Positions 1-9,073 of a stretch of 64,000 nucleotides of DNA are shown in pieces. Location: IMG/VR virus record IMGVR_UViG_3300025151_000016. One strand, written 5' to 3'. Under the pieces are notes generated by a model. The model had not been told where the DNA came from, made no database searches, and saw only the letters and a program-made list of their open reading frames with translations. Source of the DNA: a virus. Each line of letters begins with the position of its first letter. The first letter of the stretch is position 1. The position numbers and the translations under genes were made by a program.

Positions 1-797
1 TACTTATTATTGAATTGCTCAATGAGGCGCGGTAACTCGTCCGATTTCTCGAGCGTCCTAAGTGTGGATCCTGCGATTTGGTTAAAGAGTTTACCAGCTT
101 GCGATAGATATTCATTCACTTTCTCCGTATCTTTTTTATTCATAGTAACATTTGTCATATCTCTAAGCATTGCATCTTGCGACCAAACACCTTTAGACTT
201 ATTTAATTTAGAAACATTTACACCATATGAAGCTTTCATGGTTTCAAATGTTTTACCTGTATATGTGGTATGCCAAACAATTCCAATCTTAGATTTCTTA
301 ATCTCCGCAGCAGCGGCTGAATTACTTGGCACAGCATATACAATGGTATTAGGATGAAACGTAATATAAGATTCACCGTCTATCTTTTTAGTTGTTACAT
401 CGCCTGGTCCATATAAGAAGTCACCTTGTACGACACCTTTTATGCCTAGAGCAGGAAGTTCTCGCAAAGCTATGTTAAGCTTATCAGCAAGATCGCCAGA
501 AGTATCAGCATCCACATCGCTGGCAGTTTTATATACTTTTGGATTCTTATTAAAGATTCCTTTCTTAGCGACAAAAAACTTTCCATCAGATGGATCAATA
601 CCAGCAAAGATAGCAGGAGCGCCATCCCACTTGACAGATACACTACCATCATGAGATCCTTTCAGCATGTTTCTTAATTCTCGTAAAGCATTAATAGCTT
701 CCCTTGTTCCGTTCACACCACCGTAAAGTACTTTATCCTCTATATGAGTCATATGAGTATTTTTTTGTTCTGTTATATATGAGCTAAAATTTTCCAT
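1..797 (-). CDS. Conserved T4-like phage protein (DUF6267-like) with a KWDG nucleotidyltransferase-like motif; runs off the left edge
   Basis: Not in the ORF track. Read by hand from ATG at 797: MENFSSYITEQKNTHMTHIEDKVLYGG...VSVKWDGAPAIFAGIDP...GVVQGDFLY. Preceded by early (804-832) and late (837-844) promoters. Confidence 0.75.
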   Translation of the reverse strand, partial: MENFSSYITEQKNTHMTHIEDKVLYGGVNGTREAINALRELRNMLKGSHDGSVSVKWDGAPAIFAGIDPSDGKFFVAKKGIFNKNPKVYKTASDVDADTSGDLADKLNIALRELPALGIKGVVQGDFLYGPGDVTTKKIDGESYITFHPNTIVYAVPSNSAAAAEIKKSKIGIVWHTTYTGKTFETMKASYGVNVSKLNKSKGVWSQDAMLRDMTNVTMNKKDTEKVNEYLSQAGKLFNQIAGSTLRTLEKSDELPRLIEQFNNK

Positions 798-803
798 ATG
801 TAT

Positions 804-832
804 ATTATATTCCATTTAAAGAAGAAAGTAAA
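804..832 (-). promoter_or_regulatory. sigma70-type early promoter (TTTACT-17-TATAAT)
   Basis: -35 at 827-832, -10 at 804-809, 17 bp spacer. Confidence 0.65.
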
Positions 833-835
833 TCA

Positions 836-1900
836 TTATTTATATTTAAAATCACACATTAGACGAGTAGGATAACCATCACCGCCTTGTGTATCTCTTA
901 AGTTCAATTTAAAAACGTATGTTGAGGATTGCATTTCTATATCTATACGTTTACCTTTACCACCTTTTCCTCCATAATAAACAACAGGAGCTGTTACTGT
1001 GGCTGCAGTTTGCATAGCACTTTGAGTCATTTCTTTTGACAATATCTTGCCACTTAATTTATGTATGATATGATAATTGAAACCAATACCAGATTGAAGT
1101 AGATGACTTAATCCTACTTTACTAAACTTTGGACTCTTATCGACTTTTCCAGAACTCGTACCGTTGAATACATTACAGAACTCTTCTTCGTTAATACCAA
1201 ATAATTTCAAGAGCTTTTTCCCGTTTGGATTTACAATCTTTTCTGCCTGTATTTCTTTCTTAGTAAGAATAGTTTTGACACCAACATTAAAGAACGTAGT
1301 AGTGCCACCAAGTTTTAGACTAAGATATATTGGACCTTGATCAATAGTAACTGTAATATCAGTTACAGATTTACCTACATCGAATCCTTTTCCTTTTGGA
1401 TTAGTAAGTTGGATCTTCGGAGAGAACACGAGAGGACGGCGAGTATTTTCACCACCTACAACATCCACTTTAAACTCTTTTGATTCCGACATTTCATACG
1501 TCTTATCAAGGTGTTCAATCGCAGCTGACATGTTTCTATCTTTCACAGCATCACCAGCCCACCAAGCTAAAAGTGCATCAGCAAACTGTGGTTCAAATAA
1601 GTTACCACGGTTGTTAGCACCACGATTACCAGAGGATCCATTGCCAAACTTTATTTTTACTTTTGATAAGTCTGCTTTAGCTTTTATATCTGCAATAGTC
1701 ATATCGTCTTGCAACTGGCGAGTTACATTAACAGCGCCTTTCTTTGCTGGATCAATATTAATCGGTGTCGGTGCTTTTGATTTTAAGATAGCAAAAAGTC
1801 TCTTGATCTCTTTTAGATTTTCCTCAGGGAAATCTTTGAGTTCAGAGTCTATCTCTTGCGTTGATTTTGGAAAGAATGTATAGGCCACACTAAACCCCAT
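836..1900 (-). CDS. Putative PD-(D/E)XK-type endonuclease
   Basis: GNLFE...VTDITV...YLSLK pattern resembles restriction-like nuclease motifs; late promoter upstream. Confidence 0.5.
   Translation of the reverse strand: MGFSVAYTFFPKSTQEIDSELKDFPEENLKEIKRLFAILKSKAPTPINIDPAKKGAVNVTRQLQDDMTIADIKAKADLSKVKIKFGNGSSGNRGANNRGNLFEPQFADALLAWWAGDAVKDRNMSAAIEHLDKTYEMSESKEFKVDVVGGENTRRPLVFSPKIQLTNPKGKGFDVGKSVTDITVTIDQGPIYLSLKLGGTTTFFNVGVKTILTKKEIQAEKIVNPNGKKLLKLFGINEEEFCNVFNGTSSGKVDKSPKFSKVGLSHLLQSGIGFNYHIIHKLSGKILSKEMTQSAMQTAATVTAPVVYYGGKGGKGKRIDIEMQSSTYVFKLNLRDTQGGDGYPTRLMCDFKYK
837..844 (-). promoter_or_regulatory. T4 late promoter TATAAATA
   Basis: Exact gp55 consensus upstream of the ORF starting at 797. 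Confidence 0.6.
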
Positions 1901-1918
1901 TGAATTAACAGTTGGTAC

Positions 1919-1926
1919 TATTTATA
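1919..1926 (-). promoter_or_regulatory. T4 late promoter TATAAATA
   Basis: Exact consensus 19 nt upstream of the start at 1900. Confidence 0.7.
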
Positions 1927-1930
1927 ATAA

Positions 1931-1953
1931 AAATAAAAGGGGCCGTAGCCCCC
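1931..1953 (-). terminator. Intrinsic terminator
   Basis: GGGGC-TACG-GCCCC hairpin followed by a T-run on the minus strand, directly after the stop at 1954. Confidence 0.8.
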
Positions 1954-2148
1954 TCATTTTAGTTCTATGTAAGTTTTCCGGCCTTTCCGGACCAGGTGAT
2001 ATTGATATTGTTCGAATCCACTATCAACTAAGTCTTGGTTGAGGCTATTGACCATCTTCTCTACATTCTGTAGTTCTACAATATCCTCAGGTGAATTTTT
2101 AAATGTGCCAATTAGTTGAGGTTCTTTTTCACTTACTACTATTCCCAT
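1954..2148 (-). CDS. Hypothetical protein
   Basis: ORF track 1954..2205; likely start MGIVVSEK at 2148, which reduces the overlap. Confidence 0.55.
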   Translation of the reverse strand: MGIVVSEKEPQLIGTFKNSPEDIVELQNVEKMVNSLNQDLVDSGFEQYQYHLVRKGRKTYIELK

Positions 2149-2401
2149 TATCACTTTTCCTCTCAAATTGCTTAACCAGTGGTTGAGCAAGAAAGAAGTC
2201 ACCATAGACTTCTTCTAAATAATCTAATACTATACATATTTCCAGAGCATTATCAAAGAATGTTTTTGCGCATAAGTCATAGTAAAACGTTTCATCAAGC
2301 TGTCCATAACAATGAGTCATGGTGTAATGATGGAGAGCATCGATAACCATGCTTTCAGGAAACTCATATTGTTCTAATTGCTTTTGCACAATGCTCTCCA
2401 T
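2129..2401 (-). CDS. Hypothetical protein
   Basis: 90 aa ORF in a co-oriented gene string. Confidence 0.6.
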   Translation of the reverse strand: MESIVQKQLEQYEFPESMVIDALHHYTMTHCYGQLDETFYYDLCAKTFFDNALEICIVLDYLEEVYGDFFLAQPLVKQFERKSDNGNSSK

Positions 2402-2408
2402 ATTTTAG

Positions 2409-2510
2409 CTATTTATTCTTCTGAACTCTACGCTTTCGTGCAGCCTTTCTTTTACCTGATCCTTTCTTACGACGGCCTGGGCGTGGTCTGTTCTTATGAG
2501 GCCAAGGCAT
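2409..2510 (-). CDS. Very basic 33-aa peptide (MPWPHKNRPRPGRRKKGSGKRKAARKRRVQKNK)
   Basis: Read by hand; TAATG-coupled to the upstream stop; fills the gap between neighbours. Confidence 0.65.
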   Translation of the reverse strand: MPWPHKNRPRPGRRKKGSGKRKAARKRRVQKNK

Positions 2511-2707
2511 TAATTATCCCTTAGTCTTTGAATTTCATAATCAGACTTAGCTTTGTCATATGCTAAGTAAAAAGCTATGAGCACAGCGGGTAACATAACA
2601 AAGTAAGTGCTATATTCCATAAGCTCAACTGTAACTAAAACAACGCCCAAACCGACACCGGTAAAGAATGAAATTTGAGCTAGGTTTTTCAAAAATAATG
2701 ATAACAT
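2510..2707 (-). CDS. Small membrane protein (two TM segments)
   Basis: Two hydrophobic stretches; AGGAG RBS. Confidence 0.65.
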   Translation of the reverse strand: MLSLFLKNLAQISFFTGVGLGVVLVTVELMEYSTYFVMLPAVLIAFYLAYDKAKSDYEIQRLRDN

Positions 2708-2718
2708 ATTAATTCTCC

Positions 2719-3684
2719 TTAAGAGGCAGTAGCGTATTCTACTGCCTTGTTAGCTGCTTTGATTTTACGAGATTGATTGACACCGAACCACGCTGATTGC
2801 ATACGTGTATCTGCATTACGACCAAGCTTGTGGTCTGTTAGATACGTGACAGAATTAAGAGCCTGCCACCATGTGCCTTCACCGAAGTTTGCACCAGGTT
2901 GAGTTTCAAGAACTTCATAAGCATCGCGTGCTGTTTTAGAAAGATCTTTAACAGTTTTAACTTCTGATTCCTTATGTGTATAAGGAAACACGTCATTGTA
3001 AAACTGAACCAATGACTCTGCTGTGAACCTACGAGTTGACAAAAACTCAGCCATTTCTTTGTACTGTGAGAATTTGTCATGAGCAATGCCAAGTGTTTCT
3101 TTTACTTGATCAGCATCGAATACTGAACGGTGGTTTAACTTGACAAAATTCTTTGAAGCTGAGTTCAATGAGAAAGTAAGAGTGTTGCTACATACAACAC
3201 GGATAGGAGTAAAACGAACATCAATCGCTTTACCATATTGGTGAGGATTGCTAAACAATAAGTAAGAGTCAACTTGGTCTTCGCCAAGGATTGTGAAGGA
3301 GTCTTTTACTTTTGCTAGAGCAAATACATTGCTGCCACCTTTCAAAGATCCGGCTGTATTCATTTCCATATCGCCTGCAAGGACGTACTCAGAAAAGAAC
3401 TCGAAAGCTTCGGAGTTTTGAACGGGGTTCCAATCCCCACCAACATTAGTTAAGATTTTGTTATCTGATGAGCGAACCAAAGACTGTTGACCAGTAGGAA
3501 TACGCTCTCCGTCTACTTCAATGAATGAATCGACTTTTTCTACTGACCAATCAAGACCAGCTTTTCTCATCATTTGCGCAGGAGTAAGATCGTTTGAGAC
3601 TTCTACACCAAGACCATGCCAAGGCTTATCACCTGCATATGCCATTTGTGCTACGCCATCGATCATTTCAACTTCATGTGCCAT
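2719..3684 (-). CDS. DUF932 / phage-plasmid-like protein (TIGR03299 family)
   Basis: MAHEVE...MAYAGDKPWHGLG, FTPIRVVCSNTL and GTWWQALNSVT signatures. Confidence 0.85.
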   Translation of the reverse strand: MAHEVEMIDGVAQMAYAGDKPWHGLGVEVSNDLTPAQMMRKAGLDWSVEKVDSFIEVDGERIPTGQQSLVRSSDNKILTNVGGDWNPVQNSEAFEFFSEYVLAGDMEMNTAGSLKGGSNVFALAKVKDSFTILGEDQVDSYLLFSNPHQYGKAIDVRFTPIRVVCSNTLTFSLNSASKNFVKLNHRSVFDADQVKETLGIAHDKFSQYKEMAEFLSTRRFTAESLVQFYNDVFPYTHKESEVKTVKDLSKTARDAYEVLETQPGANFGEGTWWQALNSVTYLTDHKLGRNADTRMQSAWFGVNQSRKIKAANKAVEYATAS

Positions 3685-3715
3685 AATATATTTTCCTTTT
3701 CATTTTAATAATAAT

Positions 3716-3757
3716 ATAATACCATATTTCGTATTGATTGTAAACCCCTAAAATGCA
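3716..3757 (-). promoter_or_regulatory. sigma70-type early promoter (TTTACA-17-TATTAT)
   Basis: -35 at 3739-3744, -10 at 3716-3721; 22-bp block identical to the one at 41140-41161. Confidence 0.7.
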
Positions 3758-3773
3758 TTTTTTGCATTTTTTT

Positions 3774-4121
3774 TTATCGCCTCATACTTGCAGCATCAAC
3801 TGCAGCTTGCTTATTATCTTTACGTACTGGCATTAAGTTTGATTTATGAGTAACAACTATGCCAGCTATTTCATTACCTGTATATTTGACGGCATCTTTC
3901 TTTGTGCCATTTGAACAAATATTATCCGATGTAACACGAGGACCACAACTTAAATCAGGCAATTGATTTTTATGTTTAGCTGTTGACTTACCTACACCTA
4001 ACTGTTTTAAGAACTTTTCGTGTTCTGCTTCAGCTTTCCTAAGCTTTTTAGATTTATGCCCAGGCTTACGGCGCTTACCAGTGCCGTGAACCTGAACTCC
4101 TCTAATCATATGCATTGACAT
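3774..4121 (-). CDS. Basic hypothetical phage protein
   Basis: 115 aa ORF, coupled to the upstream gene. Confidence 0.7.
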   Translation of the reverse strand: MSMHMIRGVQVHGTGKRRKPGHKSKKLRKAEAEHEKFLKQLGVGKSTAKHKNQLPDLSCGPRVTSDNICSNGTKKDAVKYTGNEIAGIVVTHKSNLMPVRKDNKQAAVDAASMRR

Positions 4122-4465
4122 TAAGCACGACTCCTTTGAAATTTTGACATGATATTATCATACCATTCAGGATTTTTATTTTTAAGGATATTGAGTGGAG
4201 CGCTGTCAAGGCAATCTTTACTACGAGCTTCAGCATACTCTTCAACAGTATGAGATTTGATTAGTTCGGTTAAGAATTTAGCTTTAGTAAAAGGACCTTT
4301 ATACTTGAAGCGAGCAATGAAAAGTTCCATTGGCATACCGATACGTGAAGGATGAATATTATCCTTGCCATACACTTCATCATATGTTGGCTGGCCTTTA
4401 TATGGTCCTTTATATTCTAAGTAGCCGCCATGATATGTGAAGTTTTTTCTGATAAACTTAGTCAT
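4121..4465 (-). CDS. Hypothetical early protein
   Basis: AGGAG RBS; directly behind an early promoter. Confidence 0.7.
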   Translation of the reverse strand: MTKFIRKNFTYHGGYLEYKGPYKGQPTYDEVYGKDNIHPSRIGMPMELFIARFKYKGPFTKAKFLTELIKSHTVEEYAEARSKDCLDSAPLNILKNKNPEWYDNIMSKFQRSRA

Positions 4466-4493
4466 TACAATCTCCTTAACATTTGATATAACT

Positions 4494-4553
4494 ATTCTAC
4501 CACAGTTAAAACCAAATGTAAAGGAAAAAGTTTACTTTAAAAACAAATATTTG
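4494..4553 (-). promoter_or_regulatory. Early promoter TTTACA-17-TAGAAT with upstream IHF-like site
   Basis: -10 at 4494-4499, -35 at 4517-4522, AAACAA-ATAT-TTG at 4541-4553; core identical to the 17669-17697 promoter. Confidence 0.8.
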
Positions 4554-4559
4554 TGATTT

Positions 4560-4745
4560 TTATTTCTTGTCCATATTGTATGGCCAAGTGCCTGTTGGCA
4601 TCCATGTTTTACTATTAGACCATGCGTGTTCTAACATGGAAAAACGTGACCAACTGCCGCCTTGTTTATTTAAAAATTTTATCCAGGCAATAAAGTTTCT
4701 AATTCTATTCATCTTCTTCATCTTTAGATTTATATGCCCATTCAT
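4560..4745 (-). CDS. Hypothetical protein
   Basis: Short ORF; true start probably internal (MNRIRNF). Confidence 0.5.
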   Translation of the reverse strand: MNGHINLKMKKMNRIRNFIAWIKFLNKQGGSWSRFSMLEHAWSNSKTWMPTGTWPYNMDKK

Positions 4746-5346
4746 CAGTATGTCCTACTGACCATTTTGGCTCATCTTCTACACAGTAATTCTGAGTACA
4801 AACTTTAAAATCTGGTGTTTTTAATTTATCTGGTGTCAAAGAACTATCTCGCCATATGATTCTATTGTTTGGCTGTGCTGCAAATTGACCATTATCTAAA
4901 CGTAAAACATTGAATGATTTGTGCTCAGGATCGTGCTCACTAAAATTAGTGTCAAGGACAGATATATCGCGATGACAATTGTCTATTGTAAATTCATATT
5001 CTCCACCGTGCATTTTTTTATCTTTACCGAAAAACTCAGCTCTACATAAAATTGGTTTTTCTATGACAGTAAGATCATAATCAAAACAATCCCAAAGCTG
5101 GAGAGTGTCAAGCGGCAGAAGTTCGCCGTGATCAGTCTTCCAAACAAAAGCTGAGATAGGAAGTTTGTCAAACAATGCGCCGTATTCTGTCAATAGTGTT
5201 TCAAAATATAATGCTTTGTATTTTGTAGACTTAACACTAATCCATATACCGGGTGTAAATTCGCCATGCCCATGTTCGAGATCATAGAGATACTCTTTTC
5301 GAACATAGACATGGACTGGGGGGAGCGGATGTATTAAAAATGCCAT
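4705..5346 (-). CDS. Conserved hypothetical phage protein
   Basis: Likely start MAFLIHPLPP at 5346; globular sequence with YVRKEYLYDL...HGEF and QFAAQPNNR blocks. Confidence 0.75.
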   Translation of the reverse strand: MAFLIHPLPPVHVYVRKEYLYDLEHGHGEFTPGIWISVKSTKYKALYFETLLTEYGALFDKLPISAFVWKTDHGELLPLDTLQLWDCFDYDLTVIEKPILCRAEFFGKDKKMHGGEYEFTIDNCHRDISVLDTNFSEHDPEHKSFNVLRLDNGQFAAQPNNRIIWRDSSLTPDKLKTPDFKVCTQNYCVEDEPKWSVGHTDEWAYKSKDEEDE

Positions 5347-5350
5347 GATA

Positions 5351-5605
5351 TTATATATTATCCTTTTTCTTTTCAACTTCAGGTATTCTTAAAACTTTAT
5401 GTGCAAACCATTTAAGAATTCTTTTAACACCATTGACAATCCATTCATTAAAGAAATGTCTAAGGATTCTAACAATAATAAGAATAGGTGAGTAAAGAAC
5501 ATCAAAGACGACTAGAAGAAGATCAACAATCAAGTCGATCATGCTGTCTACATTCCACAGCTCTTTTAGTCTCTTTTTAAATTTGGTTCTTGTTTTCTTA
5601 AACAT
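5351..5605 (-). CDS. Small membrane protein
   Basis: Central hydrophobic helix with basic termini. Confidence 0.65.
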   Translation of the reverse strand: MFKKTRTKFKKRLKELWNVDSMIDLIVDLLLVVFDVLYSPILIIVRILRHFFNEWIVNGVKRILKWFAHKVLRIPEVEKKKDNI

Positions 5606-6183
5606 TAATCGCTATTGAGTGGGTTGTCCAATGCTTCTTGTAATTTTTCGTTTAAATCATTTTCAAGTTGTCTCGAATCTGCATCAATACGTTCTTCAGT
5701 TTCTCTCATAGTATTGCGAACATCTTTTTCAGATTCACGCATAAGTCCTTCTACTTCACGTATAGATTGTGTAACATCTTTACGTAACTGATTCATTTCT
5801 TCACGCATAGTTTCTAAATGAGTTTCTATTAAGTCTTGAGAATTTTTCACTCTTACCTCTGATGCTTCTACTTTATCTTCTGCTCTGTCAGCATGTGCTT
5901 CCATTGCAGCTACGTCTTCACGTAAATCGTTTTTTATATCTCTTGCATATTCAATCGCTTCATCTACTCTTAACATGCTTTCATCTATTTTTAAAATAAC
6001 TTTTTCATTTTCCGCAGCGATTGCATCTACATCAATGTTCTGTACAATTTCTTTCATGTCTGTGTAGTCTTTGTAAAACTCAAAGCCAGCCCAAAGTCCT
6101 CCACCTAAAGTAGATAACGCAGTAAGAACGACAAACATCTTACCGCCTCTAAATGTTGTACCAGCAATTTCAAATTCTGCCAT
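5605..6183 (-). CDS. Membrane-anchored coiled-coil protein
   Basis: N-terminal TM (FVVLTALSTLGGGLWAGF) followed by a long heptad-rich helix. Confidence 0.75.
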   Translation of the reverse strand: MAEFEIAGTTFRGGKMFVVLTALSTLGGGLWAGFEFYKDYTDMKEIVQNIDVDAIAAENEKVILKIDESMLRVDEAIEYARDIKNDLREDVAAMEAHADRAEDKVEASEVRVKNSQDLIETHLETMREEMNQLRKDVTQSIREVEGLMRESEKDVRNTMRETEERIDADSRQLENDLNEKLQEALDNPLNSD

Positions 6184-6184
6184 G

Positions 6185-7573
6185 TTAGTTTCCTTCGTAC
6201 TGTTGTCTTACCATTTCTCTATGAGTAGCATCAGAAGCACCGTTAAAGAATCTTGCTGCAGGATTGTCATAGTTCTGTTGTCCTTCATATATTTCTTTTG
6301 GTGCATAAAAATCAGCGTCTGCCATCTGCGGTTGTTGGTACTGTGCAAAGTTAGGATTATATCCCATTAGCGCAGCTTGAGCATCTTCGCTATCATCACC
6401 AGCAACAGCAGCTGCAACTAAATCTTCTTGTGTTTCCAGTGATTCTTGCTTTGCTTCTTCTTCACTTTCTTCTTGATTTTCTATTTGTTCTGCAATAATA
6501 TTATCCTCAAGAGAAAGAATATTTGTTAAAGTATTTTCTATTACGTTAGTCGCTGTTGCAACTTCAAATGTATCAATCGTTATTTCTATATTTATAGACT
6601 GCTCTATAATTGATTCGGCAGATATATTACCTGTTTTATCAGGCATTTTCTTAACATCTTCGGATGCTACAACCTCTGGTTCTTCTGGTTCTTCTATCGT
6701 TTCAAGTTGTTCTTCGAGTGACATTACTTCTCCAGTCGATTGTATGTAAACCCATTCATCTTCTTGTAGTTGTGGTATTGTTTCATCTGGAGCATTACCT
6801 ATAAAGTCTTCACAAGTAGGATCTACAACGGGTACTTGTTTACATGGATCTGGATCATATACAAATGTGCTATAGATTGCAGCACTGCCAAACTCAGGTC
6901 CGTACCATCCTGGCCACTCGGCCGCATCTTTTCCTTCTATCTCAAGAGTAATAGTATCAATCTTATCACCAGTAATAAAAGGATCGTACCATTGCATTCC
7001 ATATTTTGTTTCCCATTGATCAATGTGGTAAGAGTAATCCCATTCTTTTTCGTCTAATACATTACCGGCTTTATCTTTTACAGTAACTGTAACGATAAGA
7101 GGATCTTGTCCTTCCACACCATTTGTGTCTTCCTGATTCGTATCTGCGTTTTTAACTTTCCATTGCCAACGATAACCAACAACAGTTATGCCAGCAACTT
7201 TAAGAGCTTGACCAATAGCATCTTGTGTTTGAGAAATAACTGATGTTTCGTACCCAAACGTGTAAGTATCTTTGTTTGTTGCTGAGTTCGCGCATTGACC
7301 ACCGGAACCAGGACTATTTTCTCCTCCGCTCCATCTTCTAAACCCAAATGTTTCAATACAACCAGTAGTTGCTTCATAGTCTAGATCTTCAATGATCTGA
7401 TCTATATAAACTTTATCTTCTTCAACACCAGAAAGATTAGTAGGCGCGAAGTTAAGCACGCTTTGATCAATATCATCTTGAGTTAAGTTACCGTCGTAAG
7501 AATATTCTTGACTAGATAGCGAGGAGCAAAGCAAGAAGAACGCCGCCGATAGTAAGAGCGGTTGTCTTATCAT
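6185..7573 (-). CDS. Exported acidic protein
   Basis: Signal-peptide-like MIRQPLLLSAAFFLLCSSLSS (start 7573), beta-rich core with Cys pairs, E-rich tail. Confidence 0.7.
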   Translation of the reverse strand: MIRQPLLLSAAFFLLCSSLSSQEYSYDGNLTQDDIDQSVLNFAPTNLSGVEEDKVYIDQIIEDLDYEATTGCIETFGFRRWSGGENSPGSGGQCANSATNKDTYTFGYETSVISQTQDAIGQALKVAGITVVGYRWQWKVKNADTNQEDTNGVEGQDPLIVTVTVKDKAGNVLDEKEWDYSYHIDQWETKYGMQWYDPFITGDKIDTITLEIEGKDAAEWPGWYGPEFGSAAIYSTFVYDPDPCKQVPVVDPTCEDFIGNAPDETIPQLQEDEWVYIQSTGEVMSLEEQLETIEEPEEPEVVASEDVKKMPDKTGNISAESIIEQSINIEITIDTFEVATATNVIENTLTNILSLEDNIIAEQIENQEESEEEAKQESLETQEDLVAAAVAGDDSEDAQAALMGYNPNFAQYQQPQMADADFYAPKEIYEGQQNYDNPAARFFNGASDATHREMVRQQYEGN

Positions 7574-8240
7574 TCTTTTCCTTTCTGTCATCTACTGGCT
7601 TAGCATCAGGATCGTTATCCCATAAAGCTTGAGCAACTGTGCCGATGTTTCCTTTGTATGGACAAGGTGTTCCAGCCATTTCCATAGCTTTAAATATAGT
7701 TTCTTCTTGACACATAAGTGCTACAGCCGCAACCTTCATACCCATGTTATAAAGTGTCTTGGCATTTTTTAACCTTTCACAGTTCATGTCACGAATATGT
7801 CCACCACCTGACATACCAAGTATCTGAGTTTGAACCGCTGCCGAATATGAGACAGTACATGTATCATTTCCACCTGATTGAATAGATGGTGCAATTGCTG
7901 AAGGCGGTGCAGTAATTACTTCTTGAGTAATATCACTGGTGTTATTATTATTATTGTTTGCTGTGCTGTTAACTGTAGTATTGTTTGTATTTGTATTTGT
8001 ACTAGTGCTCGTATTTGTATTATTTGTAGTAACATTAGAAGTAGAGTTAACAGTGCTTGTACTATTAACTGTAGTATTGTTTGTAGTTGTTACATTCGAA
8101 GTATTTGTATTGTTAGTGGTGCTGTCAGTTTCCACATAACTGGTAGAATCAAATTTGCCGTCTGCATCATCGGTCACATCACCAAAAGCTGCAGAGGTTG
8201 CAATCATTACGAAGAACGCACCAAGTAGATGCTTCTTCAT
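7512..8240 (-). CDS. Exported protein with N/T-rich low-complexity stalk, Cys-rich domain and C-terminal TM anchor
   Basis: Signal peptide, TNNTNTS-like repeats, four Cys, hydrophobic C-terminus; late promoter at 8269. Confidence 0.75.
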   Translation of the reverse strand: MKKHLLGAFFVMIATSAAFGDVTDDADGKFDSTSYVETDSTTNNTNTSNVTTTNNTTVNSTSTVNSTSNVTTNNTNTSTSTNTNTNNTTVNSTANNNNNNTSDITQEVITAPPSAIAPSIQSGGNDTCTVSYSAAVQTQILGMSGGGHIRDMNCERLKNAKTLYNMGMKVAAVALMCQEETIFKAMEMAGTPCPYKGNIGTVAQALWDNDPDAKPVDDRKEKNDKTTALTIGGVLLALLLAI

Positions 8241-8268
8241 TGAGTATCCTCTCTTCTCTGTTCATAAT

Positions 8269-8276
8269 TATTTATA
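8269..8276 (-). promoter_or_regulatory. T4 late promoter TATAAATA
   Basis: Exact consensus upstream of 8240. Confidence 0.75.
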
Positions 8277-8297
8277 AACTGTCTTTAAAAATGGTAA

Positions 8298-8338
8298 TGA
8301 CAATAATTTGTCAATTTTTTACTGTCAAATTTTTGACA
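8298..8338. promoter_or_regulatory. Two adjacent inverted repeats, TGACA-N6-TGTCA and TGTCA-N6-TGACA (possible operator)
   Basis: Seen at 8298-8313 and 8323-8338 in the intergenic spacer. Confidence 0.35.
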
Positions 8339-8341
8339 AGC

Positions 8342-8367
8342 AAAAGGAGGGCTAACCGTGGCCCTCC
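8342..8367 (-). terminator. Intrinsic terminator closing the tmRNA/porin unit
   Basis: GGAGGGC...GCCCTCC stem followed by TTTT on the minus strand. Confidence 0.75.
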
Positions 8368-8399
8368 GCGTGCTTATTGAGTAGCAACCCTATACTAGT

Positions 8400-8798
8400 T
8401 TAGAATGAGAATGAAATACCTACTTCGATATCGCTCATTTCTTCAGCTTCTAGATCGTAACCTGTTTCAGCATAGACTTTGGAGTCCAGACCCCACATTG
8501 TCATGCCATACTCTGCACCGAAGTCTAGAGTTGGTAACTCATCATTGTTTAATGTAAATTCATTATCATACAGAATGAAATCCATATCTGCTGAAAAAGC
8601 TACACCAGATGAGTGATCATATCCGATACCCGGTGTTAATGTAGCCACCATTGTTTCGTCATTGATGTTGTAGCGGTTGTCTAATTCAGCACCTATTGAG
8701 ATGCCAGTTGCTCCGATTTCAGCTGCTTCTGCTTCAGTCGTTGCCATGCAAGCTGTAAGTAGTAGTGCTGATGTTGCTGCTGCTGCTGCAAGTTTCAT
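8400..8798 (-). CDS. Small outer-membrane beta-barrel/porin-like protein
   Basis: Signal peptide, alternating beta strands, C-terminal VGISFSF beta-signal ending in Phe. Confidence 0.7.
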   Translation of the reverse strand: MKLAAAAATSALLLTACMATTEAEAAEIGATGISIGAELDNRYNINDETMVATLTPGIGYDHSSGVAFSADMDFILYDNEFTLNNDELPTLDFGAEYGMTMWGLDSKVYAETGYDLEAEEMSDIEVGISFSF

Positions 8799-8820
8799 TT
8801 AATTTTTCCCTTATTAAATT

Positions 8821-9054
8821 TTATTTACGATTCCAGATTTCATACAGAACCCAAACTGAGATCAAACCCATGACGCCTTCAGCGCCGAGTCCAGCTAACA
8901 TTGCTGTTACATTGTCAACTACACTCATACCTTCGGGCATGAATGGCATAGCACTTAGTCCTAGTATCTCTAGGATAATCGCTAATGCAGCAACACTAAG
9001 TCCTACATCAGCTAAGGCGCCTGCCCATGATTTCACTTTGTTTAAAGTTTCCAT
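8821..9054 (-). CDS. Small integral membrane protein
   Basis: Two hydrophobic helices; AGGAG RBS at 9061-9065. Confidence 0.75.
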   Translation of the reverse strand: METLNKVKSWAGALADVGLSVAALAIILEILGLSAMPFMPEGMSVVDNVTAMLAGLGAEGVMGLISVWVLYEIWNRK

Positions 9055-9073
9055 AATTGTCTCCTTACTTTAT

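Noticed and set aside
7923-8228. Plus-strand Cys/Ile-rich and Val/Leu-rich ORFs
   Set aside because: Antisense readings of the N/T-rich low-complexity stalk
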